NCBI GenBank assembly: GCA_963698075.1
Contig: OY969116.1
Span: forward strand, 670,131-734,130
Direction: 5' to 3'
Origin: an uncultured Candidatus Berkelbacteria bacterium
Lineage (GTDB): Bacteria; Patescibacteriota; UBA1384; UBA12157; JAENIV01
Length of the DNA stretch: 64,000 bases
Each line of letters opens with the position of its first letter. Within the stretch, counting starts at the first letter, position 1. A program made the translations under genes and the position numbers. This document shows positions 27,962 through 38,074 of the stretch, piece after piece. The notes under the pieces are model-generated. The model was not told the origin of the DNA, searched no databases, and saw nothing but the letters and a program-made list of their open reading frames with translations.

Positions 27962-29764
27962 ATGTGTGGTCTGGTCGGCGTTTTCCAAAAAAAACCCATC
28001 AAAAAAGAAGTTTTAGAAAGAATGACTCGCGTTATCAGGCACCGCGGTCCAGATGACGAAGGTTTTTGGATTGACCCCGCCACGAAAAATATTGGTTTGG
28101 GCCACCGGCGGTTGGCAATTATTGATTTAACCGCCTCAGGCCACCAACCGATGTTTAATGAGAATAAAAATCTCGTCATTGTTTTTAATGGCGAAATTTA
28201 TAATTTCCAAGAAGTTAAAAGAAAATTTCGCCAAAAGCATAGATTTATTTCCAATTCTGATACTGAGGTGATTCTCCATGCCTACGAAGAATGGGGCGAA
28301 AATTGTGTCAATTATTTTAACGGCATGTGGGTTTTTTGTATCTATGATCAGAATAAAAAGTCCTTTTTTATCTCGCGCGATCGATTGGGTATTAAACCCC
28401 TCTATTATTATTTTGATGAGAAAACTTTGATCTTTGCCTCTGAGATTAAGGCAATTTTGAAATATCCTGGGATTAAGGCTGAACTTAATTTCAATGCCCT
28501 GGGTGAATATTTCACTTTTCAAAATATTTTATCTCACGAAACTTTATTTAAAAATATCAATCTTTTAGAGGCGGGCCATAACCTCTATTTTCGGGATGGA
28601 AAATTAGAAAATAAATCATACTGGAAAGCCGAATTTAACAAAAAAGAATTTACGCCCATTCAATGGCAAGAAAAATTAGTCAAAAACTTGCAAGCATCAG
28701 TTTGGCGTCATTTAATCGCCGATGTGCCCGTGGGCACGCTCCTTTCGGGCGGAATGGATTCGACGACCATCGCCTATTTTGCGGCTCAGCGAAATCCCAA
28801 ATTTTTTACTTTCACCGGCGGGTTTGATTTAGAAGGCGCTGAAGGCATGGAAGCAAGTTTAGACGAGAGACATGAGGCGGAAATTGTCGCCCGAAAAGTA
28901 TCCGCTGAGCACTACGAAAATGTCTTGCACCCGATAAACGTCAAACTAGCGATGCCAAAATTAATTTGGCATCTTGAAGATCTTCGTCTCGGGATGTGTT
29001 ATCCTCAATATTACATCTCGAAATTGGCGAGTAAATTTGTTAAAGTTGCCCTTTCAGGCACCGGCGGCGACGAAATTTTCGGCGGTTATCCTTGGAGATA
29101 TCAACTCATTGAAAAAGCCAAAAATCCCGCCGAATTTGATGCCAAACAATATGATTATTGGTCGCGGCTGGTTAAAGATAGTCAAAAAAAGACCTTCTTC
29201 AGCCATAAAACCTTAGACAAAATAGACCTTAAGCGGCCATTTGAAGAATATCAGCAAATTATCGCCCCTGTCTCCGACCAAAACCCGATTGATAAAGCGA
29301 TTTATTTTGAACAAAAAACTTTTTTGCATGGCTTCTTTATTGTTGAAGACAAAATGTCAATGGCTCATTCTCTGGAAATCAGAGTCCCGATGACGGATAT
29401 CGAATTAGTCAAATTGGTTAATTCTCTGCCGCCCAAGTATAAATACCAGAATAATCTCGGCAAGGTCTTATTTAGAAAAACAATGAATAAATTTTTACCC
29501 AAAGAAGTGACGACGAAAAGAAAAACTGGTTTTACTCCACCCGAAGGGACTTGGTATCGAAAGCAGCTTAAAGAATATGTTTCGGAAATAATCTTGGGTC
29601 AAAGAGCTCGTGCTCGCAATTATTTCAACCCTGAAAGCTTGAAAGAAATCTTTTCTGCCCACCTTCGGGGCAAAAAAGATTATCGTTTGCTTCTCTGGTC
29701 TTTGCTTTGTTTTGAATGGTGGAATCGAATTTTTTTGGAAGGTGAAGGGGAAATTTATGAATAA
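27962..29764 (+). CDS. asnB: Asparagine synthase-like glutamine amidotransferase (sugar amidation)
   Basis: MCG N-terminus, HRGPD, FNGEIYN, LSGGMDS, SG.GGDEIFGGY. Confidence 0.93.
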   Translation: MCGLVGVFQKKPIKKEVLERMTRVIRHRGPDDEGFWIDPATKNIGLGHRRLAIIDLTASGHQPMFNENKNLVIVFNGEIYNFQEVKRKFRQKHRFISNSDTEVILHAYEEWGENCVNYFNGMWVFCIYDQNKKSFFISRDRLGIKPLYYYFDEKTLIFASEIKAILKYPGIKAELNFNALGEYFTFQNILSHETLFKNINLLEAGHNLYFRDGKLENKSYWKAEFNKKEFTPIQWQEKLVKNLQASVWRHLIADVPVGTLLSGGMDSTTIAYFAAQRNPKFFTFTGGFDLEGAEGMEASLDERHEAEIVARKVSAEHYENVLHPINVKLAMPKLIWHLEDLRLGMCYPQYYISKLASKFVKVALSGTGGDEIFGGYPWRYQLIEKAKNPAEFDAKQYDYWSRLVKDSQKKTFFSHKTLDKIDLKRPFEEYQQIIAPVSDQNPIDKAIYFEQKTFLHGFFIVEDKMSMAHSLEIRVPMTDIELVKLVNSLPPKYKYQNNLGKVLFRKTMNKFLPKEVTTKRKTGFTPPEGTWYRKQLKEYVSEIILGQRARARNYFNPESLKEIFSAHLRGKKDYRLLLWSLLCFEWWNRIFLEGEGEIYE

Positions 29765-29770
29765 TGGCAT

Positions 29771-29799
29771 TTGACAGAAAGAAATCCTAAATCTACTAT
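29771..29799 (+). promoter_or_regulatory. Internal sigma70 promoter
   Basis: TTGACA-N17-TACTAT ending 8 nt before ATG 29808 (near-leaderless). Confidence 0.6.
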
Positions 29800-29807
29800 G
29801 AAAAGCT

Positions 29808-30770
29808 ATGTATAAGAAAAAAACAATTGCCGTCGTTGTTCCCTGCTACAATGAGGCCAAACAAATCGGCTCAGTTTTACGTTCAATGCCGAGTTTTGTT
29901 GATAAAATCATTGTCGTTGATGATAAAAGCCTCGACAAAACAGTCTCAATTGTCAAAGATCTCGGGCAGAAAAAGAAGACAGAAAAGAAAATTATTCTTC
30001 TTGAGCATCAAACCAACCAAGGCGTGGGAGGAGCGATTGCTTCGGGTTACCAATGGTGTCGCCAAAAAAATATCGATGTTGTCGCCGTCATGGCTGGCGA
30101 CGGCCAAATGTTACCAAAAGATTTGCCTGCTATTTTAGACCCCGTTGTCGAAGGTCGGGCCGATTATTCTAAAGCCAATCGTCTTTTTTCCGGGGAGGCC
30201 TACAAAAAAATTCCTCGAGCGCGCTACTTCGGTAATTCGGTGCTGACATTCTTAACCAAAATTGCCTCCGGTTATTGGCATGTGATTGATTCTCAAACCG
30301 GCTTTACCGCCATCAACAAAAAAATGCTTTCCTTAATTGATTGGAATAAGATGTACAAACATTATGGCCAACCGAACGATATTTTAATTCGCTTAAATGT
30401 TTTCAATGCCCGCGTCGCTGACGTGCCGGTGGAACCAGTTTATCGGGTGGGGGAACAATCAAAAATGAAACCGGGGATTGTCTTTTTTACCTTGCCTTTG
30501 ATGCTGATCAGAATGTTTTTCTGGCGGCTCAAGGAAAAGTATATTATCCGTGATTTTCATCCCTTGGTTTTATTCTATTTTTTTGGGATTTTTGTCGGTT
30601 TGGCCTCCCTCGTCTTTTTGATAAGAATTCTATATCTTTGGCCCCAAGAAGGAATGATTCCTCAAACAAGTTTTTTGGCTTGGATGCTTTGTGTGATTAC
30701 CTCGCTGCAGTTTACCCTCTTTGCCATGTGGTTTGATATGGACTATAACAAAGACCTGAAATCTAAATAG
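29808..30770 (+). CDS. Glycosyltransferase family 2 with C-terminal TMs (polyprenol-P glycosyltransferase-like)
   Basis: VVPCYNE, VVDDKS, NQGVG, DSQTGF, two C-terminal TM helices. Confidence 0.9.
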   Translation: MYKKKTIAVVVPCYNEAKQIGSVLRSMPSFVDKIIVVDDKSLDKTVSIVKDLGQKKKTEKKIILLEHQTNQGVGGAIASGYQWCRQKNIDVVAVMAGDGQMLPKDLPAILDPVVEGRADYSKANRLFSGEAYKKIPRARYFGNSVLTFLTKIASGYWHVIDSQTGFTAINKKMLSLIDWNKMYKHYGQPNDILIRLNVFNARVADVPVEPVYRVGEQSKMKPGIVFFTLPLMLIRMFFWRLKEKYIIRDFHPLVLFYFFGIFVGLASLVFLIRILYLWPQEGMIPQTSFLAWMLCVITSLQFTLFAMWFDMDYNKDLKSK

Positions 30771-30787
30771 TTTACCTTGAAAGACAA

Positions 30788-31543
30788 ATGAAAAAAAATT
30801 CCCGTCAAAAATTGAAATCAAATCGGGCAGTGATTATGGCCGGCGGCAAGGGAATGAGACTTCGTCCGCTGACAAAATACTGCCCCAAACCAATGGTCAA
30901 GGTTGCTGGCCAGCCGATTTTAGAAAGAATCATCCTTCGTTTTTTAGATCATGGCATCCATCAATTTTATATTTCGATTAATTATCTTGGCAAGACAATT
31001 GAAAATTATTTCGGCGATGGCCAAAAATTCGGCTGCAAGATTAAATATCTTAAAGAGAAAAAATATTTACATACCGGCGGCTCATTATCATTGCTCAAGG
31101 ATCAAATTGAAGAACCATTGATTGTGATGAACGGTGATCTTGTCACCCAGATTGATTTTGATCATTTCTTAGATTTTCATCAAAAGGGTAAGTTTTTAGC
31201 CACCATGGGGGTGAGGCCTTATAGCTTCGAGATCCCCTTTGGGATCGTCAAAGCTCAAAAAAATCAAATGTTTGGCTTAGAAGAAAAACCAACCAGTAAC
31301 TATTTAATTAATGCCGGCATCTATGTTTTAAATCCTGAAGTTTTAAAACTAATTCCCAAAAATCGAGTTTTTCCCCTGACGAATTTATTTGAAAGATTAC
31401 TTCGTCAAAAAAAGAAAGTTGGTGTCTATAAGATTCAAGAAGATTGGATTGATGTCGGTCGCCTGGAGGAATTAGAAAAAGCCCATGAAGATCTTTTAAG
31501 ATTGGAGGAAAAATACCTAAAAAATACAAAAAAATCCTTGTGA
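30788..31543 (+). CDS. Sugar-1-phosphate nucleotidyltransferase (LegX/PtmE catalytic-domain-like)
   Basis: IMAGGKG.RLRPLT..PKPM, MNGD, EEKP, INAGIY, WIDVG. Confidence 0.9.
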   Translation: MKKNSRQKLKSNRAVIMAGGKGMRLRPLTKYCPKPMVKVAGQPILERIILRFLDHGIHQFYISINYLGKTIENYFGDGQKFGCKIKYLKEKKYLHTGGSLSLLKDQIEEPLIVMNGDLVTQIDFDHFLDFHQKGKFLATMGVRPYSFEIPFGIVKAQKNQMFGLEEKPTSNYLINAGIYVLNPEVLKLIPKNRVFPLTNLFERLLRQKKKVGVYKIQEDWIDVGRLEELEKAHEDLLRLEEKYLKNTKKSL

Positions 31544-32523
31544 CCGGGGCTGATGGTTTTATTGGCTCGCATCTTACGGAAGAGTTAGTCAGGCGCGGTT
31601 ACCAGACGAGGGCCTTTGTTTTTTACAATTCTTTCAATTCCTGGGGTTGGCTTGATTACGCCGAGCCTAAAATTAAAAAGGAATTAGAGATTTTTCCCGG
31701 CGATATCCGTGACCCTAATGGTGTCCGGAAAGCCCTAAAGGATTGTGAAGCGGTCATCCATTTGGCAGCCTTGGTTTCGATTCCTTTCTCCTATCATTCA
31801 CCAGATATGTTTGTCCAGACCAATATCGTGGGGACGCTTCATATCTTGCAAGCTGCCCGAGATTTAGGGATTAAAAAAATCATTCACACCTCCACCAGTG
31901 AAGTTTACGGCACGGCCAAATATGTGCCAATAAAAGAAGATCACCCCCTACAGGGCCAATCACCCTATTCTGCGAGTAAAATCGGCGCTGATCAAATCGC
32001 CTTTTCTTTTTATAATGCTTTTGATTTGCCGGTAGCCATCTTGCGGCCTTTTAATACTTTTGGCCCCCGACAATCAGCCCGGGCGGTGATTCCCACAATT
32101 ATTACTCAAATTGCCGCCGGCAAAAAAAGTCTTAAATTAGGATCGCTTCACCCGACAAGAGATTTTAATTATGTCAAAGATACCGTCAAAGGCTTTATTG
32201 CTGCTTTAGAGGCGGGAAAGATTGAGGGGGAAACAATTAATTTAGGGACAAATCAAGAAACCTCGATTAGAAAAATAGCGGAAATGTTAATGGTATTGAT
32301 GGGCCGAAAAATAAAAATCGAGACTGAAGATAAACGGGTCAGACCGCCGAAAAGCGAAGTTGATCGGCTTCGGGCTGATAATCGCAAAGCCAAGAAACTT
32401 CTCAAGTGGCAGCCAGAATATGGAGGCAAAAATGGTCTTAAACGGGGACTTCAAGAGACGATTGATTGGTTTACAAATTTAGAGAATCTTAGACAATATA
32501 AACCCGAGATATACAATATTTAA
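31528..32523 (+). CDS. NDP-GlcNAc 4,6-dehydratase (LegB-like); start unresolved, possibly a -1 frameshift fusion with the upstream gene
   Basis: KKILVTGADGFIGSHL, YNSFNSWGWLD, IPFSYHSP, QGQSPYSASK; in-frame KKIL lies upstream of the GTG at 31540. Confidence 0.88.
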   Translation, partial: KKILVTGADGFIGSHLTEELVRRGYQTRAFVFYNSFNSWGWLDYAEPKIKKELEIFPGDIRDPNGVRKALKDCEAVIHLAALVSIPFSYHSPDMFVQTNIVGTLHILQAARDLGIKKIIHTSTSEVYGTAKYVPIKEDHPLQGQSPYSASKIGADQIAFSFYNAFDLPVAILRPFNTFGPRQSARAVIPTIITQIAAGKKSLKLGSLHPTRDFNYVKDTVKGFIAALEAGKIEGETINLGTNQETSIRKIAEMLMVLMGRKIKIETEDKRVRPPKSEVDRLRADNRKAKKLLKWQPEYGGKNGLKRGLQETIDWFTNLENLRQYKPEIYNI

Positions 32524-32541
32524 ATTTCTAATTTCTAAATT

Positions 32542-33534
32542 ATGAGGACATTTAGGAATAAAAAAATCTTAATCACTGGCGGCGCCGGTTTTATTGGCTC
32601 ACATTTGGCGCAAGAATTATTGAAATCTGGTTGCCGAATCACCATTGTCGACAAAATCTCATCCAAAATTCCCCAAGTCAAATCAATCCCTCAAAACCTG
32701 AAGAGATTCATTTTAAACAATGGATTAAGGACAGGTTATGATTTTATTTTTCATTTAGCCGGGACGGCCTCGGTGGGAACGTCGGTTGAGAATCCTTTTT
32801 TTGATTTTGAAGAAAATTTATACCAAACTTTAATTTTACTTGAAGCTTTACGAAGCTTGAAAAAATCACCGTTTCTAATCTATGCTTCCTCAGCCGCCGT
32901 TTATGGCATTCCCAAAAAGATGCCTGTCAGCGAAGAGAGCCCTACTTTACCGGTCTCTCCCTATGGCGTCAGCAAACTGGCGGCAGAAAGATATGTCAGA
33001 GTTTACAGCGAGCTTTACCATCTGCCAGCTGTTAATTGCCGTTTTTTTTCGGTTTATGGTCCAGGGCAGAGAAAACAAGTCATTTTTGATTTAATCTCCA
33101 AAATTCAAACAAATCCCCATGGATTAGCAGTTTTAGGGGATCCCAATCAAACTCTTGACTTAATTTATATTGACGATCTCCTTAGGGCAATTATTTTAGT
33201 CACTCAGAAGAGTCGAGGCCTAGGAGAGGTTTATAATATCGCTTCTGGAAAATCTTATAAGATGGCGGAAATTGTACGAGCTCTTGGCGCGACCCTTGGA
33301 ATAAAACCAATCATCAGATATAGTCAAGACACGCGACCAGGTACCAATCTTCAGTGGCGGGTTGATATTTCCAAGATAAAACAATTAGGTTTTAGACCAG
33401 AAATTACCTTGGCAAAAGGGTTGACGATGACTCAAGAATGGTTTGAGGTTCCTTCATTTAGTTCGTCGATAAAGCGCGTAAATTTCTCCAAGACTATAAG
33501 TTCTCACTTTATTCTTGATGATGTGGGTCAATAA
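32542..33534 (+). CDS. NAD-dependent epimerase/dehydratase (SDR)
   Basis: TGGAGFIG, SSAAVYG, SPYGVSK; C-terminal tail overlaps the convergent gene by 81 bp. Confidence 0.88.
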   Translation: MRTFRNKKILITGGAGFIGSHLAQELLKSGCRITIVDKISSKIPQVKSIPQNLKRFILNNGLRTGYDFIFHLAGTASVGTSVENPFFDFEENLYQTLILLEALRSLKKSPFLIYASSAAVYGIPKKMPVSEESPTLPVSPYGVSKLAAERYVRVYSELYHLPAVNCRFFSVYGPGQRKQVIFDLISKIQTNPHGLAVLGDPNQTLDLIYIDDLLRAIILVTQKSRGLGEVYNIASGKSYKMAEIVRALGATLGIKPIIRYSQDTRPGTNLQWRVDISKIKQLGFRPEITLAKGLTMTQEWFEVPSFSSSIKRVNFSKTISSHFILDDVGQ

Positions 33535-34146
33535 TCGCTTAAAAAGAGTATTCATTCCTTCGCCGGAAAAAGATGCCCCTTGGATTTTTTCCGGGTGATG
33601 ATAAAGATGGCGATTTTGTTCATAGAATTTCACGTTTGGGCAATTCAACGCCAAATGAATAGGATGGAAATCAAAAACTTTGAGGCCTGGGTGATTGAGT
33701 TTTAAAGTTTTTAAATTAAAGCTGGCTTTTGGGCCAAAAGTTTCCATGTACCAATAATCCAAAAAGAAAATCGGTAATTCAAGTAAATTCTTGCCAATAT
33801 AAATCGGTTCAATGTTTTTAGCTAAAGGCAAAAGGATATTACTGGTATATTTGATTTTTAGATCCAATAAAACCGGTCTTAATCTTTCGTGGAAGTAAAG
33901 CGAATGATTACGGAGGCCCTGACCTTTCGGGGCAAATTTTTTGATTTTCAGAAATTCTTCTTTATAGTGGGAATAGGTGCCATTGAAATTGATGTGAGGA
34001 TTGATTTCAAAGAGAGGATTTTTTAAAATGGGATATTTTCCGGTCACAAAAAAAGTTGCCTTAAGTTTTTTGTCTTTAAGAATTTTAACCAAACTTTCAA
34101 GAATTTTTTCATCAATCCAATCGGTATCAAAAGTTAAGGCAATCAT
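33454..34146 (-). CDS. Polysaccharide deacetylase, WbmS-like (paralog of 24791)
   Basis: TFDTDW, ATFFVT, RNH, PGLKVFDFHPIH. Confidence 0.8.
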   Translation of the reverse strand: MIALTFDTDWIDEKILESLVKILKDKKLKATFFVTGKYPILKNPLFEINPHINFNGTYSHYKEEFLKIKKFAPKGQGLRNHSLYFHERLRPVLLDLKIKYTSNILLPLAKNIEPIYIGKNLLELPIFFLDYWYMETFGPKASFNLKTLKLNHPGLKVFDFHPIHLALNCPNVKFYEQNRHLYHHPEKIQGASFSGEGMNTLFKRLLTHIIKNKVRTYSLGEIYALYRRTK

Positions 34147-34190
34147 TTTATCCTCAAAATTTTCGAATCCAAATAAGCATTATTGGCCAT
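34143..34190 (-). pseudogene. 15-codon relic of a fourth GT paralog (MANNAYLDSKILRIK)
   Basis: Matches the family N-terminal motif ANNAYLNAKFLREK; ATG lies in the duplicated 59-bp segment; ATGA overlap with the next gene. Confidence 0.6.
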
Positions 34191-35631
34191 ATTTTTTCAT
34201 TACTTTTTTCAAATTATCAATTAAGATCTGGGTGACGATTCTTTCGGAATGATATTTTTTAAACCATTTCTCGCCTTGATGACCGATTTTTTGTCTCAGC
34301 GCGGGATTATTGATAAGTTTGATTAAGACTCTTTCAATCTCCCTCTGGTTATGGACTTTAACGATTGGTGGTTCTTCGGGATACATCCATCGACAAACCT
34401 CATGTTTATAAGACATCAGCAACGGCTTACCAGAAAGCATGACCTCGGGTGCCAAAGCTCCCATGGCCGGTAAAATTGTTTGATCTAAAACAATCTCCGC
34501 TTTTTCGAGCCAATAGGCAAGTAAATGTCTGGGCATTACCCGCTGCCACGTCACATATTTTTCAACTTTTAGCTTTTTAGCCAGCAGTTTAATCTTTGCC
34601 ACATCTAGACCCCATTCCAGAAAAATGAGCCTGAAAGGATTTTTTGTTTTTTTAATAACTTCTGGTAGAGCTTTGATATATTTATCCGTGCCCTTAATGG
34701 CCAAATCATGTCTGACAGGGCAAAAGAGGATTAAATTGTCCGTCTTTCTTTCTCTTTTCACAATTGGCCGGTAAAACCGATGCCATTTCTCTAAAATTGG
34801 ATGGGGAACAGGTTGGATATTTTTTAAACCAAGTTTTTTAGCGGCTTTAATATTGTCTGAGTTGGTAATAAAAACCAAGTCAGCTTTTCTATAGGCTAAA
34901 GCGGTGAGACGCCCGATAGGGCTATTTTCAAAGGGTAAATCGCGAATAGTGCCGTGCTCAAAGGCGATATAAGGATGCTTGCCTATGAGCATGGGATAGA
35001 TCGGGTCGGATGAATAGCCCTGAATGAGGTCATATTGCTCAAAAATTTTTTCAGCCGTTTCCCAAACAAAAAAATAGGGGCGAATATCCGAGATCTTGAG
35101 TTGATCTTGGCGTTTGGGAAAGAATTTTTTAAATTCGGCGATTAACGAATTAATTCGCTGATAATATTTTTTTCTTTTGATTGGCTCAATCGTAAAACTC
35201 TTATGCCAAATTATCCAGTTTTGAAAGATCGAAACTAGTTTCTGAATATTCTTTCTAAGAGGAGACATTTTTGATGAGCCATAACAGAATTGGTATATTT
35301 TTTGATACAAAAAGACGGTAGACTTGGCAGGATGGGCTTTTAAGGAAGTTCTTCGGGGGCCTTTGAGACCGGCCAAAAAACCAGACATTGGACCTTGATA
35401 AAACCACCTTGGCCTTTCAAAATTTCCCAAATTAACCTTTGTCCAATCGGGGTAAAAATCATCTCCGTAGTTGGCTTCTATTTTGGCATCCTCCCATTCT
35501 GGAGAACCCAAAACATGATAGTAATCGTAACAAAGGACATCAGATCGGATCCCTTTTTTTCTCAGTAGTTTTGAGGTTAGATAAGCAATATTGGCAATAT
35601 TGCCAATATGGAGAATTTTAAAATTGGCCAT
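34180..35631 (-). CDS. Glycosyltransferase (GT-B), tandem paralog 3
   Basis: KILHIGNIAN, PEWE, RLTALAYRKAD, KGTD, DQ...GALAPE.M. Confidence 0.85.
   Translation of the reverse strand: MANFKILHIGNIANIAYLTSKLLRKKGIRSDVLCYDYYHVLGSPEWEDAKIEANYGDDFYPDWTKVNLGNFERPRWFYQGPMSGFLAGLKGPRRTSLKAHPAKSTVFLYQKIYQFCYGSSKMSPLRKNIQKLVSIFQNWIIWHKSFTIEPIKRKKYYQRINSLIAEFKKFFPKRQDQLKISDIRPYFFVWETAEKIFEQYDLIQGYSSDPIYPMLIGKHPYIAFEHGTIRDLPFENSPIGRLTALAYRKADLVFITNSDNIKAAKKLGLKNIQPVPHPILEKWHRFYRPIVKRERKTDNLILFCPVRHDLAIKGTDKYIKALPEVIKKTKNPFRLIFLEWGLDVAKIKLLAKKLKVEKYVTWQRVMPRHLLAYWLEKAEIVLDQTILPAMGALAPEVMLSGKPLLMSYKHEVCRWMYPEEPPIVKVHNQREIERVLIKLINNPALRQKIGHQGEKWFKKYHSERIVTQILIDNLKKVMKKYGQ
34182..34240. repeat. 59-bp exact direct repeat, copy 1 (copy 2 at 35623-35681)
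   Basis: attggccatattttttcattacttttttcaaattatcaattaagatctgggtgacgatt read at both positions. Confidence 0.9.
35587..35620. repeat. 34-bp exact direct repeat (copy at 37088-37121) containing a perfect 22-bp palindrome
   Basis: aatattggcaatattgccaatatggagaatttta; palindrome atattggcaatattgccaatat. Confidence 0.85.
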
Positions 35632-38074
35632 ATTTTTTCATTACTTTTTTCAAATTATCAATTAAGATCTGGGTGACGATTTTTTTGGAGTGATATTTAT
35701 AAAACCAAAACCGCCCCTCTTTGCCAATTTTTTGAGCGAGTTTTGGATTATTGAGAAGCCTGATGACCTGATGGATAACCTCGGTTTTAGAATAAGCCGA
35801 GACAAGCGGCGGTTTTTGAGGAAACATCCATTGGCAGATTTCATGTCGGTAAGAGATGATGAGCGGTTTCCCGGCCAGCATAGCCTCTGGGGCAAGCGCG
35901 CCCATGGAAGGTAAGATGAGTTGATCAATAATCACGTCCGCTTTTTGGACCCATTTGGCTAATTGATATCTTGGCAGGGGCCTGAGCCACTGGACCCGAT
36001 CTTCGACAGCCAATTTTCTGAGCAATTGTTTGCTTCGAAAAACTTCGACGCCCCAATCGCAAAAAACAAACTTAAGGGGCCAGTGACTTTTTTTGATGAT
36101 CTCGGGGATGGCTTTAATAAAGAGATCCGTCCCTTTAATTTTCCAGTCATGTCGAGCCGGGGAAAAAATAATTTTTTCTGAGTGGGGACAATTGTTGGCG
36201 ATTTTTCCAGGATGCCATTTATCCTCAACAGCATGAGGAATAGGAACATAATTAGTTAGGCCCAATTTTCTGGCAGAGGTTAAGTTATCGGAATTAGAGA
36301 TAAAGACTAAATCCGCCTTGCGATAAGCCAAGGCGGTTAAACGTCCCCGCGGTGAATTTTCAAAAGGTATTTCTCGAAGTGTCCCAATTTCATAAGCAAC
36401 GTAGGGGTGAAAATTGGTCAATAAAGGATAAATCGCGTCAGTGGTGTAACCAAAAATAAGATCATATTTTTTAAAGATTTTTTTAAAGATCTTTATTTGG
36501 AAAAGAAAAAAGCAGATGTCATTAAGAGTCAGCTGGTCTTTTCTTTGGGGAAAAATTTTTTTGAATTCGACCACCAAACTCTCAAAATATTTTTCTTCAT
36601 GTTTATCTATGGAAAATCTGGCTTTAGATGTAATTCTTTCGAAAAACAGATTAATCTTCCGGTTAAGCTTTTTTCTTATCATAAGATATCTTTTTTTCCC
36701 TTTGGGAAACCGTTTAAAAAACCCGGTGTTTAAACCAATAAGAAAAAGCTCGAGCTTTTTCAAACCGACCCACGGATAGATGATTACGTTCAGCCCAAAA
36801 AAGCCGATATTAAACCCTCTGTTGAAGGTCCAATCCAGCCAAAACAAAAATTTATTGAGACCAAATTTTTTATTGCCAATCTTCTGGAGCGGCCCCTGCA
36901 TAAACCAAGAAGGACGTTTAAAACCGTGGAGATTCACCCGAGACCAATCCGGAAAAAAATCATCCCCATAATCTCCCTCGATAATCGCGTCCTCCCATTC
37001 GGGCGCGCCCATTATATGATAGTAATCGTAACATAAAACATCGCTCTCGATGCCTTTTGCTCGCAAATATTTGGAGTTAAGATAGGAAATATTGGCAATA
37101 TTGCCAATATGGAGAATTTTAGGATAATTGCTGATAAAGATATTTCCTTCAGAGAGTTTCAATTCTTGAATGATGGCCTGGGCTTTAAATTCAGAATTTT
37201 TGATTCTGAATTTGTTTAAAATTAGGGAATCTGTTCCTGTGGCAACGATGATAGAATTATTTATTGCCAAAATTTGACCAGGAATCTTTCCATTTTTTTT
37301 GTTTTTGCCAATTTTAACCGGTGGCAAGATTTCAATTTCTTGATTGTTAATAATCGTTCTCGCGGCCGGATAACCGGTAAAAGTTAAGGCTCTAATAAAC
37401 CGGTCGATCTCCCCGGCGCGAGCGTGCCAGTTGATCCATCTATTTTGAGGATAGACTTGTTTATGGTAGCTTCCTTCATTTAATTTTTGAGGGATTTTTT
37501 TAATTTGACCTTTTATAATGAGTTCAAAATTTTTCACAAACATCTTTTTGGCAACTTTCACACATTTAAAATAAAGAGAATGGGCCGTGTCGCGAGAGGT
37601 AATTTTAATCAATCGCTGGTCAATAATTGGACCGGTATCAATTCCCTTATCGATTTGATGAAATGTTACCCCAATTGATTCGTCATTGGAAGCCAGCGCA
37701 TAAACTACCGGCAGACAGCCGCGATTTTTTGGTAGCTCGGCAAAATGAAAATTAAAAATTCCCAATCGAGGGATTTTAATAAAATCTTCTTTTATAATTT
37801 TGTTGTAAGAGAACGAAAAAATAATCTCCGGATTTTCTTTTTTAATGTCCTTGATAAATTTTGGCTCATTGCAGGTTTTTGGTTGCCAATATTTGATATT
37901 ATTTTTTAGACAAAAAGCTTTCAAAGATTTATACCAGGATTTGACCCAAGGATGGTCATCATGATTGCAAATTACCCCGACAATATTTTCTTTTGTTTGT
38001 ATAAGATACTCTAGAGATTCAACGGCCAAATTTTTATTTCCCATTATAATAATTTTGGGTTTAAAGTTTGTCAT
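35618..38074 (-). CDS. Formyltransferase-glycosyltransferase fusion
   Basis: N-terminal Fmt/ArnA-like domain (NFH..LP..RG, DKGIDTG, IRALT..GYP.A); C-terminal KILHIGNIAN GT domain. Confidence 0.88.
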   Translation of the reverse strand: MTNFKPKIIIMGNKNLAVESLEYLIQTKENIVGVICNHDDHPWVKSWYKSLKAFCLKNNIKYWQPKTCNEPKFIKDIKKENPEIIFSFSYNKIIKEDFIKIPRLGIFNFHFAELPKNRGCLPVVYALASNDESIGVTFHQIDKGIDTGPIIDQRLIKITSRDTAHSLYFKCVKVAKKMFVKNFELIIKGQIKKIPQKLNEGSYHKQVYPQNRWINWHARAGEIDRFIRALTFTGYPAARTIINNQEIEILPPVKIGKNKKNGKIPGQILAINNSIIVATGTDSLILNKFRIKNSEFKAQAIIQELKLSEGNIFISNYPKILHIGNIANISYLNSKYLRAKGIESDVLCYDYYHIMGAPEWEDAIIEGDYGDDFFPDWSRVNLHGFKRPSWFMQGPLQKIGNKKFGLNKFLFWLDWTFNRGFNIGFFGLNVIIYPWVGLKKLELFLIGLNTGFFKRFPKGKKRYLMIRKKLNRKINLFFERITSKARFSIDKHEEKYFESLVVEFKKIFPQRKDQLTLNDICFFLFQIKIFKKIFKKYDLIFGYTTDAIYPLLTNFHPYVAYEIGTLREIPFENSPRGRLTALAYRKADLVFISNSDNLTSARKLGLTNYVPIPHAVEDKWHPGKIANNCPHSEKIIFSPARHDWKIKGTDLFIKAIPEIIKKSHWPLKFVFCDWGVEVFRSKQLLRKLAVEDRVQWLRPLPRYQLAKWVQKADVIIDQLILPSMGALAPEAMLAGKPLIISYRHEICQWMFPQKPPLVSAYSKTEVIHQVIRLLNNPKLAQKIGKEGRFWFYKYHSKKIVTQILIDNLKKVMKKYGQF

